DNA from: Paraphysomonas bandaiensis
Taxonomy: Eukaryota > Protista > Chrysophyceae
Direction: 5' to 3'
DNA: 64,000 nt
Assembly (NCBI GenBank): GCA_965644295.1
Contig: CBFFRP010000363.1
Coordinates: 496,001-560,000, forward strand
The translations under genes were made by a program, and so were the position numbers. Every line of letters starts with the position of its first letter. Position 1 is the stretch's first letter. The notes beneath the pieces were generated by a model, which saw only the letters and a list, made by a program, of their open reading frames with translations, did no database searches and was not told where the DNA came from. Of this stretch, positions 38,227-51,762 are shown in pieces.

Positions 38227-40163
38227 AATTTCTATAACGTATTGAGCAATGTATTTATTGATGATATATATATTTTGCTCGTATATGCTTTTTTAGCGAT
38301 ACTCGTTCACTATAGTCTAAGCATAATTTAAACAACACAAAGTATATGAAATGTACTAACCTTCTTATCGGTATGTTAGCTCTAGACATTCGAATTATTC
38401 ACACAATTTCTTTCTATCCCGAAAGAGCTACCGCTTAAGCAAGATTTGCTGTATATTTATGTATATAAATTGCGACCTCTCCTTGAAGAACACAGTCGTT
38501 GTATGCAATAGTACATAAACTAAGGGTATGAGATGAATATATGAATTATATTGCTAAGAGAAGCTGAAATGCATTGACTGTATAAGATGATGACTATCTA
38601 AGATCTGATAAGATTGATCCGTAGTAGTGATGATATAAGTTTTGTGAATGACAAGAAATGTTGATCATGATTTCAATTAATTTATTCTTGAGTAGAGTTA
38701 ACAGTTCAGTCACTTAATTCTAATTTACACCATCTAAATGTCGATTTCGGATAAGGTCGAAGATTGTAGTTCAAATTGGAAGTAAATTCTGAAGACCTAT
38801 TAGTTTGGGATCTTCAACTGGACGAAGATCACAGTTTGGCTCATGCGTAAGAATGAAAACTATTTAGGACTCGGGGAACGACCAGTGAATTGGTAAAACT
38901 GAACAAGTAGTTACTTGGGGAACTTGTATGAGCAGTCATTGGCCGGTTGAACGGTATTACTCTGAAGATAACAGAATTAGATGAGCCTCTACGCCAAAAA
39001 ACAGAACTACAGACCACCTTCAAAACTTCAAAACTCATGAGGACTTGAGCACTTAAGGTGAATTATTATATAATGCTTTTGCCATATATATGTTCAAGCC
39101 AATGGTCCGCCTAAGAAGGGTGATACAGGAAGTTCACACGAAGAGAAGAATTATTGGAAAACGAAGAAGGACCTAAAGATCGCTCATCAATTAGAACATA
39201 AGAAGAGCAAGATGATTCCGAGTCTTTGAATATGTTGATATGTGACTAATCAAACTTCACCGAAGAAGCCTTGTATATAATGATGATAGTGTGTATGTAG
39301 CCAACAAACTTGGGAAAGTGATTTCACAAGGTTTTATCACTCTCTCTATATATATACTATCAATTATGCATCTTGTAATAATAATAATTATTATTCCTCG
39401 TTTGTCAGAGTGGGGCTTATAAACATATATGCACAACACAGTATGCAGTAATCACATTTAAGCTACACATAACCCCACCAAATAATCGTAGACTTAATAC
39501 GTAGACCCTCACAACAATAGCAGAGAACATTACCATGATATCTGCAGAGGCTGCATGAGGTAATTTGTTCAGGTATCTGCTGAGCTTTCTCCCCTCATGT
39601 TCTATTCCATCTTCATTTGCACTATCCGTTGACTTTCTAGCTGTGACAAAGTCGATATTGCATCGTATCCTTATCCATATCTACAGTCTCAAACCAAACA
39701 ACAACAAGATTTCATGAACTGGACTGAAAAGATGAACTTCGTAAGTCATAAAAACGTAAAAACCACTAGAAAATATTATTAAAACGTGGGGGTTTCCTGT
39801 AAATGTGGGTTTTCTTGCCACTATAATAAAAAAATGTACCACATATGTGATGTGGATCCACCACACATAACGGGATTCTGTTCCCGGACTGAAACTCCTT
39901 GTATCGAATCAAACTGTTCTCTCAGGATACTACATGCAGAATCGTATCCCATATTCCCCTACTGTAGACCACATACAGAGTGCAGAGAACTGGAATTATA
40001 TTGTGGATTTTCATAAAAAAAAATAGTCCGTCATTCTGCCATACACGGTGCGTATATAGAAATCCACTGAACGAACACTGGCGCTGTCTCCACACTGCGC
40101 AGTTATCAATTCCAATATGATGACATTGTAATGAGTGTAGTTATGGTAGGAGTGTAGTGTGAA

Positions 40164-41552
40164 ATGTTTTTTGACGACGACACTTCATTAGAGATAGTGT
40201 ATAAGAGTCTGGGTGTTAGCAGCGCTGACCAGGAGCCCCCACCTCCTCCAGCCCCAGCGAAGCGAAAGTACACCAAGAGAAAGCGTGCTTCTGCTCCTGG
40301 TACGGGCGATAAAATTGAGTCCACTCCCGCTGAGACGGCTGCGACTGTTAATGATATTACTTCAGATGAACAGTCAACTAAAAGGCCCATCATAGAAAAA
40401 CAAGAGCCCACTATTAACATTCCTCCCGCACATGCTGAGGTTAGTGGGCAAGTAGACAAAGTAGAGTCCAGCAGCACAGCGGGGACTTATCGTGGCGAGG
40501 AGACTGACTCTAGTCATATATTCTCGAAAAGAAAATCGGAAGCTCTTCATACTGCCACCAAAGCAGCATTCGATGACTCATATGGTACCAACCCGGAGAA
40601 GTTCACCGAATTTTTGAAGATTGCTGCCATACAGTCTGCGCGTGTTGCTAGAAAAAGTTCAAAGTCCTCTAAAGGGAAGGAACGGTCCCGAAAGAGCAAA
40701 CACCGTAGTGCACCTTCTGACCCTCCTACACACACATCTGCAAATAAAAAAAGTACAATGCCAGCCCTTCCCTCTGGATTGACACAGCTCCTTACCGCAC
40801 GAACGAGACCACCAAGTGATGTATTTACTTCCCCATTCCACCGAGCAGTGGTAATGGAAGAACTCTTTGAGAAGCAGTGCCTTCTAGTTAGTGGCAATGA
40901 GAGTGGCTCGACAGCAGGTATCTCCAGTACCAGTGGGGATGAAAGCAGTGCGTCCAATCAGTCACAGTTTCAGTCGCTTTTCTCTCCCGCGCAGTATGGT
41001 ACAAGTGCTGGTGTGGACATTGGACACAGGGCAGGCAGAGGTCGAGGAAGAATACCTTCAAGGACGACGCCCGGGGCAACAACTAGTGCGAGTGGTTCAC
41101 GACTTGGTAAGATGGGTACTCTGTCGGCGGACAACGTGCGTGGCTTGAATATGATGGACTCCTCTCCTGTGTATCGACAGTGTGGGAGTAGCACAGAACA
41201 GACTGACGGCAATAGTGTAAGCAGTCACGGCAGTAGTAACTCCAGTCGCCATGACAGTTTGAAGGGTAGGTTATATGGGCAGACATCACTGCGGTCGTTG
41301 GATACAGACGATTGCCACTTAGGTACACTTGCGAAGGTTGCTACTCAACAAGAACGGGATTCGAGCACAATGGAACTATATGATGCGTATATGGACAATG
41401 ATGACTTCTTTCGTATTGATGATGATCTAGTAGATGGTGCCGACTTCTTCTATAGTGTAATGTCGAAGATGAGTTCCTCGGAGGGCGACGAATGCCCGCC
41501 AGTAGACTACGCGCTGGAGTGGGGCCAGACGCGGTCGGACACGCCGAACTAG
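40164..41552 (+). CDS. Hypothetical low-complexity Ser-rich protein with an NLS-like basic cluster
   Basis: 462-aa intact ORF with GC content like the other genes; contains KRKYTKRKR. No recognisable domain. Confidence 0.7.
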   Translation: MFFDDDTSLEIVYKSLGVSSADQEPPPPPAPAKRKYTKRKRASAPGTGDKIESTPAETAATVNDITSDEQSTKRPIIEKQEPTINIPPAHAEVSGQVDKVESSSTAGTYRGEETDSSHIFSKRKSEALHTATKAAFDDSYGTNPEKFTEFLKIAAIQSARVARKSSKSSKGKERSRKSKHRSAPSDPPTHTSANKKSTMPALPSGLTQLLTARTRPPSDVFTSPFHRAVVMEELFEKQCLLVSGNESGSTAGISSTSGDESSASNQSQFQSLFSPAQYGTSAGVDIGHRAGRGRGRIPSRTTPGATTSASGSRLGKMGTLSADNVRGLNMMDSSPVYRQCGSSTEQTDGNSVSSHGSSNSSRHDSLKGRLYGQTSLRSLDTDDCHLGTLAKVATQQERDSSTMELYDAYMDNDDFFRIDDDLVDGADFFYSVMSKMSSSEGDECPPVDYALEWGQTRSDTPN

Positions 41553-42367
41553 CCCATTAGATATGTTACACAACTAATCTTATATTAAAACTCGTGAAAG
41601 TGCCTGTTATATGTATCATCTTTATCTAACATGATATTGTAAACGATATAACAACTAGTTTCTGAACTATTGATTTAACAAATCACATCTACAATATCGC
41701 TGGTGCGACACGGTATTATCCCTTTTTTGTCTCAAAAAAGCTTGTTTTGACCTCAACAGAGTGCTCATATTAGCACCGGGCGAATATAGACATTCAACTT
41801 CAATATTCGGTTAAATAGAAGCTCTCTTCTATCTTAATACAATCATTTGTATGTGATTTCATTATATTACACATTTGTTGAGAAATCACAGTGATGAATC
41901 AACTATCCAAAGCTGATCATGAAAAAGTTGTAGTCCATCCTTCGACTGCTGTCGAAGACCATAATGATGTCAGTGCACAGTGCAAGCGATCTGCCTTCAT
42001 ACCTTCATAACCAGGACTTCGAAACAACTTCAAGAGTATTTCAGTAGAGTTTAGGTAGCATATCTGATATCTGATGCTGTATAGGTGGTTAAGGGCAGTG
42101 GCATCCAGTTCTTTCCGGGTTTGGGTCACATTGTGCTTATCAGGATATTGTGTGCCTCATATCATACTCACATCATTCAGATGCATTAGCAGAGGTTAAG
42201 TGTGTTGTAAAAAAAAGTGATGATGATGCTAATTAAGGCAATAAGAAGCCTTTCCTGGGACTACAACTGTTCACATTCATCATCACACTTATGTATGAAT
42301 TTCGAAAACCTCGCAGATGCTATTCCCTCTCAGTATTTTTCTATTTGCTGTAGCTATATAAATTGGG

Positions 42368-42960
42368 GGTTGAGATATATTATTCAACCTAGTCAATTTG
42401 GTTGAATTTCCTAGTCATACTATTTTCGGTGTAAAACCCTAGTCAAAGCAATAAATGACTCAACCTAGCCAATTATAGTATTAAACCTAGTAATGAATTG
42501 TACTCGCATATAGCTACGCACTACAGAAGCATGAGGTCATAGCAGGTGACGTAGAACATATAGAAATGAAAAACTTCTTCGCTGGCAGTGTCGGTTTTCT
42601 GATGCTCCTGATCACATCCTGGCTCATCCGAAGATTGTGGAGTTCGATGCCCATGAAATTAAGATTGCTGTGGAGCTACACCGGACTTGGTCATCAGAAA
42701 CAGCCCAATTTTCATTCGACTGTGACGACGAAGTGTGAGGCATATATCATTTGAATTTTTGAATTTATGGCTACAGTATGCTCCCCTGTTTGACTAGGTA
42801 AATACCCACTTCCACCTAGTCAACCTAGTCATTGTAATGATAAAAATCTAATTATTTAATGACTAGGTTTTTCTACCTTTTGACTAGATTTTTACATCAA
42901 TTTTGGTGTGACTTGGAAATTCCACTAAATTGACTAGTAGGTCGAAAAATAGATCCCATT
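42368..42960. mobile_element. Decayed MITE-like element with CTAGTC/GACTAG subterminal repeats
   Basis: Imperfect ~45-bp inverted ends (TCAACCTAGTCAATTTGGTTGAATTTCC vs GGAAATTCCACTAAATTGACTAG). CTAGTC motifs cluster on the left and GACTAG on the right. Confidence 0.55.
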
Positions 42961-43459
42961 GATCTACTATCTACTATACACAGTATACTTACATACTTAC
43001 CATTGATTTGAAACAATATGACTTCTCATTTGTTTTCTTAATATTATGTTAATCAGGAAACGTCTACTTATTCTTACAGTAAGCAAGCTACTAATATACT
43101 AGCTCTACAATCTACAATCTAATATTAAAATTTCAACATCATGAGGATAAGCTACAATTTAACCTAGGGGTGAGGAGCGTCGCTTGTCTAAATTTTAAAA
43201 CTCTAGCTTTTTTCGCCCTCGTTTCAAAATTTTGAGCGCGGGACGATATTGCCTCCTTACTTATTGCCCGTGGTTAAGTATAACTATTATACCTTTGCTC
43301 ATAATATGAGTATGGTATTCAACAGAATGGCATGGTAGCATAACAAAATTGCAGTAACTCATTTAAATGTTCTTTATTAAGTCGAAATCTATATATCAGC
43401 TGTCTATTCCAAAAACATATGAAACTAGATAGGAAATTCCTTTCCAACATCATCATTTT

Positions 43460-44876
43460 CTACCTATTTTCTCCTGCCGGTTCATCATTTACACCTAGGT
43501 CTCTGTGTTCAAAATGTCTTTCTCCAGTTGGCCTTACTCCGTCTCTGAGTCTGTCAGACATTTTTTCACTAAGTTTAAGACCTGATAGCTCTAGTCCACC
43601 ACTTTTTTTCATTCGGTTGGTGATGAGTGTCTTCAGAACCGCAGTTTGTACTCCAATATCTGCAAATACTTCCATGGTATTTTCTGAGTGCAGAGGGCTA
43701 CGAAAGAGAGTGGGGGAAAATATACGAGAGAGATTATCGGCATCCATGTTGTTTTCCAAAGATTCCGCAGCAATTTCGGAAAGAAACCTACAAAATTATA
43801 TTCGAATCAATACAAAGTGACAATACGGGTGAACAGAACACTCACCCGATGAGATGCTCGAGCGTGCTAACGTGCTCCTGAGGCATACGATTCAAGATCT
43901 GCATTAGAGTATCTTCACTCCTGCTCTCTCGCCCTGCAGACATGACATCCGCGTAGACAGCATATGTGATTAAAGGCTCCGGTAGATCACGCAAAAACAT
44001 TTTGAGCAAAGATGAGACAGTATCTGGATCAGTTACCACCACTGTGGACATCTTCTGGTCTTTTGAGTATCCAGAAGCACTTTCTTGAAGTCCAATACAG
44101 ACTGTGGCTTCTGCATCCGGGTCGTAGTTGGCTCCATAGAGGCGCACTTTAACGAGATTTTCTTGCATTTGATCGCCAGCTAAGCGAAAGAGTCCTTGAG
44201 ATCGCACGCTGCCAGTTTCTCTTAGGTAAGTTACACATTTATGAATCATTCGAGTCGTACCAAGAGTTGGGTCAAAGGATTGAGACAGCGGTGGCATGAA
44301 AGGCGCCGCTACAACACCCATAGCAGAGTCCTCCATGTGAAGAAGTGAAGGAGGTAACTTAGTTCGCACGGGTGGAATGTACGATTGTAATGAAGCTATG
44401 CTGTTCACAAATGTCAACTTGCGATAAAACTTCTCGCTTATGAACCAGCGCACACCAACATCGAAGAAAAGTCTGATCATCATAGTGGGGTGAACAATGT
44501 ATAGTTTTGATAAGTTCTTCTTATATTTTCGGGGTAATATTTTGTAGAACTCATAAACAACAGACTGCTGAGAGAGTACAGAGAGGTGTGTGTGGCAGTA
44601 TACCAGACTATACGGGCCAGACACAAGCCCGTCAGCCTCACGAACAAACAGCTGGGCGATTCTTCTGAGCTGAGCATTCATACGCTGACCAGACACCAGG
44701 CCGAGTTTGGGAGCAAGGACCAGCACAGGTCGCCCCTCACCATCAGACCCGCTGCACACACACCCGCACGACTCTAGATCAGATAGACCCTCACCCCTAG
44801 CCTCTGAGATAAGCCGAATATACTCAGGGTGGTCTCCATTATCATTATCAGTGACAGACGCTGCTGGATCCATCAT
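43460..44876 (-). CDS. RhoGAP with an N-terminal BCH/CRAL-TRIO_2 domain (ARHGAP1/p50RhoGAP-like), 2 exons
   Basis: BCH motifs SDGEGRPVLV, PYSLVYCH and LPRKYKKNLSKLYIVHP. GAP motifs QGLFRLAG, VSSLLKMFLRDLPEPLI and NNMDADNLSRIFSPTL. Intron ~43846-43788. Confidence 0.92.
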
Positions 44877-44937
44877 ATATAGATATGATGAGAAAGTATC
44901 GATCCTCTACCACCTGACCTGACAATACACACACACA

Positions 44938-45796
44938 CATACATACATACATACATACATACATACATACATACATACATACATACATACATACATACAT
45001 ACATACATACATACATACATACATACATACATACATACATACATACATACATACATACATACATACATACATACATACATACATACATACATACATACAT
45101 ACATACATACATACATACATACATACATACATACATACATACATACATACATACATACATACATACATACATACATACATACATACATACATACATACAT
45201 ACATACATACATACATACATACATACATACATACATACATACATACATACATACATACATACATACATACATACATACATACATACATACATACATACAT
45301 ACATACATACATACATACATACATACATACATACATACATACATACATACATACATACATACATACATACATACATACATACATACATACATACATACAT
45401 ACATACATACATACATACATACATACATACATACATACATACATACATACATACATACATACATACATACATACATACATACATACATACATACATACAT
45501 ACATACATACATACATACATACATACATACATACATACATACATACATACATACATACATACATACATACATACATACATACATACATACATACATACAT
45601 ACATACATACATACATACATACATACATACATACATACATACATACATACATACATACATACATACATACATACATACATACATACATACATACATACAT
45701 ACATACATACATACATACATACATACATACATACATACATACATACATACATACATACATACATACATACATACATACATACATACATACATACAT
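44938..45796 (-). repeat. (TATG)n microsatellite on the minus strand ((CATA)n on plus), ~860 bp
   Basis: Pure tract ending ~60 bp upstream of the RhoGAP ATG. Confidence 0.99.
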
Positions 45797-47169
45797 GTAC
45801 ATATCTATGTACGTATTTTTAGATGTGGTCTTCATTGGACGATGCATGTTTTATTTACTGTGACCTCGAAGTTGTCTCTGCAGTTCTGTCATGTTGCACA
45901 TTCCGTCAAGACTGGATCTTTCGGACTTGCATATACGTACATAGATAGATATGCATGTAGACGAGAGAGTTGAGGAGCCATAGATGTGATACCTGCTATA
46001 AACCATATACAGATAAGCAATGAGAGGGATGACGGCTACGTGTATGACTGCTGAGGTGATAGGAGAGGGGAGGGGCTGAGATACGGAGTGATGAGTAGCA
46101 GTTGTCTTAATTGTAGAGGGGTGTAGGTGTAGAGGGGAGGATATTCTTGAGGGCTGTATCGGTACATTTGCCTGCTCCAGTTGACAACAACTTGAATACA
46201 GTGACCAGAAACACTATAGCGTATAGCATATTACAGTTGAAGGAGTGTATATCATGATTTGCATTGTTTTGGAAATGTTGTGGTTTTGGAGACTTTACTA
46301 GTCTCGATAGAGCTGGATATACGGCTGAGTTGCTAATATGAGTTCCTTATTATTAAAAGTCATAATAGTTGTTGGTATCACACAACTGCTATAAAGAAAT
46401 TCATAATCGCATGCTCCAGAGAATGCATCTTCTACCTTCAACACATGTACCACCCACAAGAAACGATACTTTACAAATAAAATCAAGTTCTATAAAGTTG
46501 AACTTCTTCTGACGCTCGACCTTACTCAACTCCCTACTGATAATAGTTTCTATCACGTAGTGAATGTCTTATTATTAGCAATAGGCGTGTAAGAGTCAGA
46601 ACTAATGGAGCTAAAATTCAAACTTGTATTCACACAGTTACCACAGAAATCTCATTCCAGGAAGGGGACCTATAGACTATCTTATGAAGATAACACGAAG
46701 CATATGCTACAAACACGGATCACTTGTTGTATGCAACTCATTGGCTTATACATGAAACTTATCGTATGCACATCATGTATTGTAAATTACGCTGTTGCTG
46801 ACATATCAACATAAAGTATATGTTCTCCGTTGATTTTTAAGTTCTCCGTCATGGTCTCCTGGTTAGATTTTCTTCTAATAGTGTGGATACTCTGGTTCTT
46901 TAATTATGTTGACAGCTTTTCCCCCTCCCATCACTGAATCCGGTAATCTGTGGAATGTGACAAAAGTGAGAGAAGTGGTTAATATATCGGCCAACATTTC
47001 GTTGGTGGGGATATAATGAACAATAATAAAATGAGAGGACAATTGTTCTCACATGAATTGGTATCTCATGGCGATGTGCTTAGTACGTTGGTGATATACT
47101 GGATTTAAGCATAGCTAAATTACTCCTTTGCTGTGGCACGAAATAGTACTTGATAAAAGAAGAGGAAAG

Positions 47170-49648
47170 CAGGCTTGCGTAACCATTAATGGCCATTAAT
47201 GGTTTGATTACTATTGCTTCATTGCTTTAGAAAGAAGTAAATGGAAAGTGTTAATAATTAGACTAAGTACTAGCTATTTAACAGCAATGATGAGCAGTTC
47301 GTTCCCATGTTACAGGTCAGATATAGCTAATGCGAACAATATTTTTAAACATCATCAGCAACTATAATATCATCAATGGTAACTTCGTTCCATAAGAATT
47401 TGTTACAACGCAAAAAGAGTAGCAGCTCCAAAGGGTGGGGTTCCATTCGCTTGCGCTAGTCTCCCATAATAAGCTTTGCTCTGCTAAATAATCGCTCAAC
47501 AATATTGGAAGTCGTCACCAAATGATTCATGGAGCGATATTTAGTGGCTCTTCTGCTGTTCTTTGCCTTTTTTGCCACAGCTTCTCTCACTATATCTACA
47601 GCAAATCCTCTTGTTTCCCCCGTTTCATCATCGCCACTGCTATCGTCATCCTTATGAGCCGCAAGGAAATAGCCCATAACGGTTTTAGCTTCTGCAACAG
47701 TCAGAGTATTCTCCAGTTGGCTTTGAATTTTCACAACAGCTCTCTCGAATATTGGGTCAGTTGTAATGGTAGCATTAGCACCAAGATACTGTTCCATATC
47801 TGGAAAGTTTTCAATAAGTTTGTCAAACATGCTACCGTAACGCACAACATAATGATCTACAGACGATTTCTGCAGCATCAATGCGACTTCGTTGCACTCA
47901 GCAAGGTCTGATGTCACTTGCGCGATCCGTCGGTGCTGTGGTACAGAAGGTAGTAAGTCCGTAACATCGTCATTGAAATTATCACAAGTCAACACAGGAG
48001 TAAGTAACAAATACCGCTTCCATGAATGATGGACAGAGTTCCAGCGTGTCATTCCTAAGACAAGCAGCATAACCAGATATTTTTCGTAACCTTGATGAAT
48101 TCTTCAAGGTTCGTAGTTTCTTCATAAGATTTTGCACTACGTCTAGCAAATCATCTTCACCTTCATAGAGTTTGGAAACTGCAAGGTTTAATTTGTGAGA
48201 TGCGCAACCCAGTAAAGGCACTCGGAGCAATCGTGCCAATTTTCTGTTGACGCTACAGTTATCACCAGCCACGCATTCAATGTTATCAAAATTGCGACCA
48301 ACAAGAGTTAATTCGTCGAAAACGTAATCTTCGATAGACTCAGCTGTAAAAAGTCAATATCTTCATCATTATCGTCATCGTCCACCTCATCCTGTGGACC
48401 ACAGCACAACAATACAGTTGTTACATTGCCTTTACCATCTGACCATTTTGCAAAATTGCTATGTAGTGCTCGGTTCCGCAAGTCCAATCATCGAAAATAA
48501 AACCGAAAGAATTGGGGATGATGTGTTTTATTGCATTCTCCACAGAAAACCCAAGTTTTTCAAGATACTTCATCAGAGTTGTACGTGAAATCGACTCCAA
48601 ATTTTAGTGTTCTTTCGAGTGAAAGAATTCTCCACAAAGGAAAAAGGCTGGTCACCCATAATTACCCACTCTAACCATTTGTGAATTTTGATGGCTTTCC
48701 TTGTCACTGTCCTCTCCATATATCAGGGGTGGTTGCACAATTTGCTCATGTGCAGGCATGGATCCGACTCATCTTTCTCGAAAAAGGCTTTGTAAATTGT
48801 AGGGCCGTCGTATAATTTGCTCATTTATTAAAACGGTGCATTGAACAGAACATTTATGGCAATCCTGCTACATATCGCATTTCTTAAATCTATATAAATG
48901 GGTGGTTTTGCTATTACTGCTGTCCAAATGGACTATTATTGTTTTTTCTCTTTTTTTTAGTTATTTTTAAGTCAAAAATCAGGGGGGAAAATGGGAACAT
49001 AAACAAGAGATGGATGAAGTTGCAGATCAACATGACTGAGAACTCTGAGCTAATGGCGATTTAATAAGTATTAAAAATGCAAAATATTATTATATAAGCG
49101 TTGTCACGTACACATTGCAAATATGATCGAGCCACTCGTGTTGTAATTTCTTCTCGTTTGAATTAAAGTCTCCGTTTATTGCTTATTCACTATACATAAT
49201 TTTCTATTTTTGTATTATAATATATTACATAAAGTTCTTATTGCTTATTATATGCTGACAAGTGGTGGTACAATCAATTCATGTTAACATTCACAAACAA
49301 CATGATTGTGATGTTATCACACCAATAGAATTTATATGAATTCTTAAAACAGATTGCTTAAATGACTTAAATACGTATATAATATATTAATAACTAATAA
49401 TGGACCGGTGACTTAAATACGTATATAATATATTAATAACTAATAATGGACCGGAAGGTCGTGGCTTGTCACGTATTCTTACATGGTGCTGACAACTAGA
49501 TACTAACTAATGGATATTGCCATTTTAATGGCCATTAATGGGCACTACATCTCTCCCCCATTTTAATGGCCATTAACGAATTGCTTTTTCTCCATTTCAT
49601 GGGGGAAGGCCATTAATGGCCATTACCATTAATAGTTACGCAAGCCTG
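47170..49648 (-). mobile_element. hAT DNA transposon, 2,479 bp
   Basis: TIR CAGGCTTGCGTAAC / GTTACGCAAGCCTG; perfect 8-bp TSD GAGGAAAG (47162-47169 / 49649-49656); subterminal CCATTAATGG palindromes; a 46-bp internal duplication near 49362-49454. Confidence 0.96.
47350..48890 (-). pseudogene. hAT transposase, frameshifted with premature stops
   Basis: Motifs WLEWVIMGDQPFSFVEN, AGDNCSVN, GCASHKLNLAV and TRWNS, and the dimerisation motif TSNIVERLFSRAKLI...LELLLFL, are spread across different frames. Confidence 0.9.
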
Positions 49649-50759
49649 GAGGAAAGTAGTGAGGGTATGGCAAGATGATCATAGAGTGATATATTCTCCC
49701 ATCGTGGAAGATAGAGCGGCAGTGGCTTTATTTTCCTGAGAAGAGGCAATTGTCAGTGAAGAAGCAGAATGCTGTATTTGGCTTGAAGGTCAGCAGGTTA
49801 TATTGGATTCAATCGATGTCAGATATCCGGTTAGTATTACAGATTAGCCAGAATATTGGAAACCTTTGTCGGCAGTGCCTTTAAGGTACCGAAGAAACTA
49901 TTAATGCAGCAATACAGATGGTTACTACTGATTTAGAATTGGTACGAGCATATCCACAGGTAGTAATAGAGTACACAAAGATCATTGATGTCAAATTTAG
50001 AGTCGAGGGAACTCTTAACCTGTTGTAAGTAGTGTAACGACTACGGGTGATTGAGCCTCGCTATCATGACTAACATTGCTGGTCTTATCATCCCTGTCCA
50101 TGTGCACAGGTGATGTGGGGTAGGATAGTCTTCTCACAACACTCTTCACTTAACTTCCTCTTCTTACTCTTTACTTCGCTACTTCTTAACTTTCAACTCA
50201 ACTACAATATCAACTTTCACTATTATATCTAAAACTCCATATCCTTCTACCTATATCCCCATAGTTAATTCTAGAAGTGGTTTCCCAGCCATAAATAGCT
50301 AGTTTTCTACTTCCAGAAATAATCATATAGAAATCCCTTAACATCCTGCTATCTACTCCTATATCGTCCTACAGAATACCTACGTATACCATCATAATAC
50401 TGTACGGGTTACCATGAACGTCCGTTGCATCCGTATGTACGGGTAGTTCCGGTACACTCCAACCCTATATCTGGCCTTAATACTCGTATCTTCTAATCTA
50501 ATCTTATCTACCATCTACATCTCATCTCATACTACAACCTACATCACTTCATCTTATTCTTCAGCCATAACAACCTCCTAAATCACCCATACTTGTCATA
50601 CCCAATTTTGCTACAGTAGGTATGTCTAGTTTTTCGCTCTATAATGATGTCGCTGCAATAATAGTGATGCCTCAATCTATACGCAGTCAAGGATGGCACT
50701 TTATTTTCTATTAATAATCACTCGTCTCAAAATTAACGAGCGAAACGACAAGCTAGAGA

Positions 50760-51052
50760 TAACAGAAGTTGACATTATTTGCTAAGGTTTACTATTCTCA
50801 ACTGATAAGATGAAATTATAAACATTACATGATAAAGAACCTAAGTTGTGTTCGATGTGTTCAACACCATTCATTTACTACTATAGTCTACAAACCACAC
50901 ACTCAGTGATCGTATCCTGTATAGTCACCCACTTCTACTTCAGTTTCATACTACACAATATAATGTACTAATTACATATATATCTTTCGATCCTTGCATC
51001 TCACATAATACTGCACTCAATTGCAAGTATATAGAATCTTCAGATCTCAACA
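50760..51052 (-). repeat. 3' LTR of the Copia element
   Basis: Matches 54615-54907 by eye except the terminal base. Reads TGTTG...CTGTTA on the element strand. Confidence 0.97.
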
Positions 51053-51177
51053 CTCCCCCTCAATTGAGTGTTGTACTATGACGCCTCCCAGCTATTGAAT
51101 GCCTGAGATAAAAAAAATTCTTGACAGTAAAATAGACTCATCTCTAAGTCTAAACCTCTGTCTAAAAAACTCAGTAC

Positions 51178-51600
51178 CTACTTGCGTCTTCTTTTATCCC
51201 TTGGTCCCTCATTAATCACTTCAGTGGAACTCTTAATTTTCTCTCCAAGATTTCTCTTTCTCTGCTCCACATATGATAAACCAACCAATGACTTTGTATA
51301 AATATCTGCTGCTTGTTGCGATGTATGCACATGCACTAACTTAATCGTATTGAACTGATTGGGATCCACGTGCTCTCTCACCATGTGATACTTAATCTCA
51401 ATGTGCTTCGACTTCTTGTGAAACACTGGGTTTTCGGCCAAATCCTGGGCACTCTGACTGTCGATGAAGAATGGTGTGGGTTTGATGAGCCTCAACTTAA
51501 TCTCACCCGTCACCCCCCGAACCCATAGCACTTCTTGGAGACCCGAGTAAATACACTGATACTCAGACTGCATGCTTGACGTTGCCACTGTCGTCTGCAG
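51178..51600 (-). pseudogene. Copia RNase H domain, out of frame after the RT deletion
   Basis: LQTTVATSSMQSEY...FFIDSQSAQDLAENPVFHKKSKHIEIKYHMVRE...QQAADIYTKSL. Confidence 0.92.
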
Positions 51601-51762
51601 TGCTCCACTCCCTGTGCTCGGCACTCTCCAAGGACTCACGATGTGTCTGAGGCACTTTCGACTCTTCCGCTGACATCCACACTGAGTCTGCCTCCTGTAA
51701 AAGGTCACTCACATCACTCTCATCACTCAAATGATGGATTTGTCCTAACACCGACACATTCG

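Larger units (their letters stand above)
46915..49990 (-). pseudogene. Old Ty1/Copia relic (end of RT plus RNase H) split by the hAT insertion
   Basis: Minus-strand remnants LRYLKGTADKGFQYSG and AALSSTMGEYITL lie right of the hAT; NPVYHQRTKHIAMRYQFM*E...YIPTNEMLADILT lies left of it. A PPT-like GGGAGGGGG precedes TGTCAACA near 46915. Confidence 0.8.

Noticed and set aside
50020-50750. Pyrimidine-rich LTR-like stretch beside the young Copia
   Set aside because: No partner repeat, TSD or defined termini in the window.
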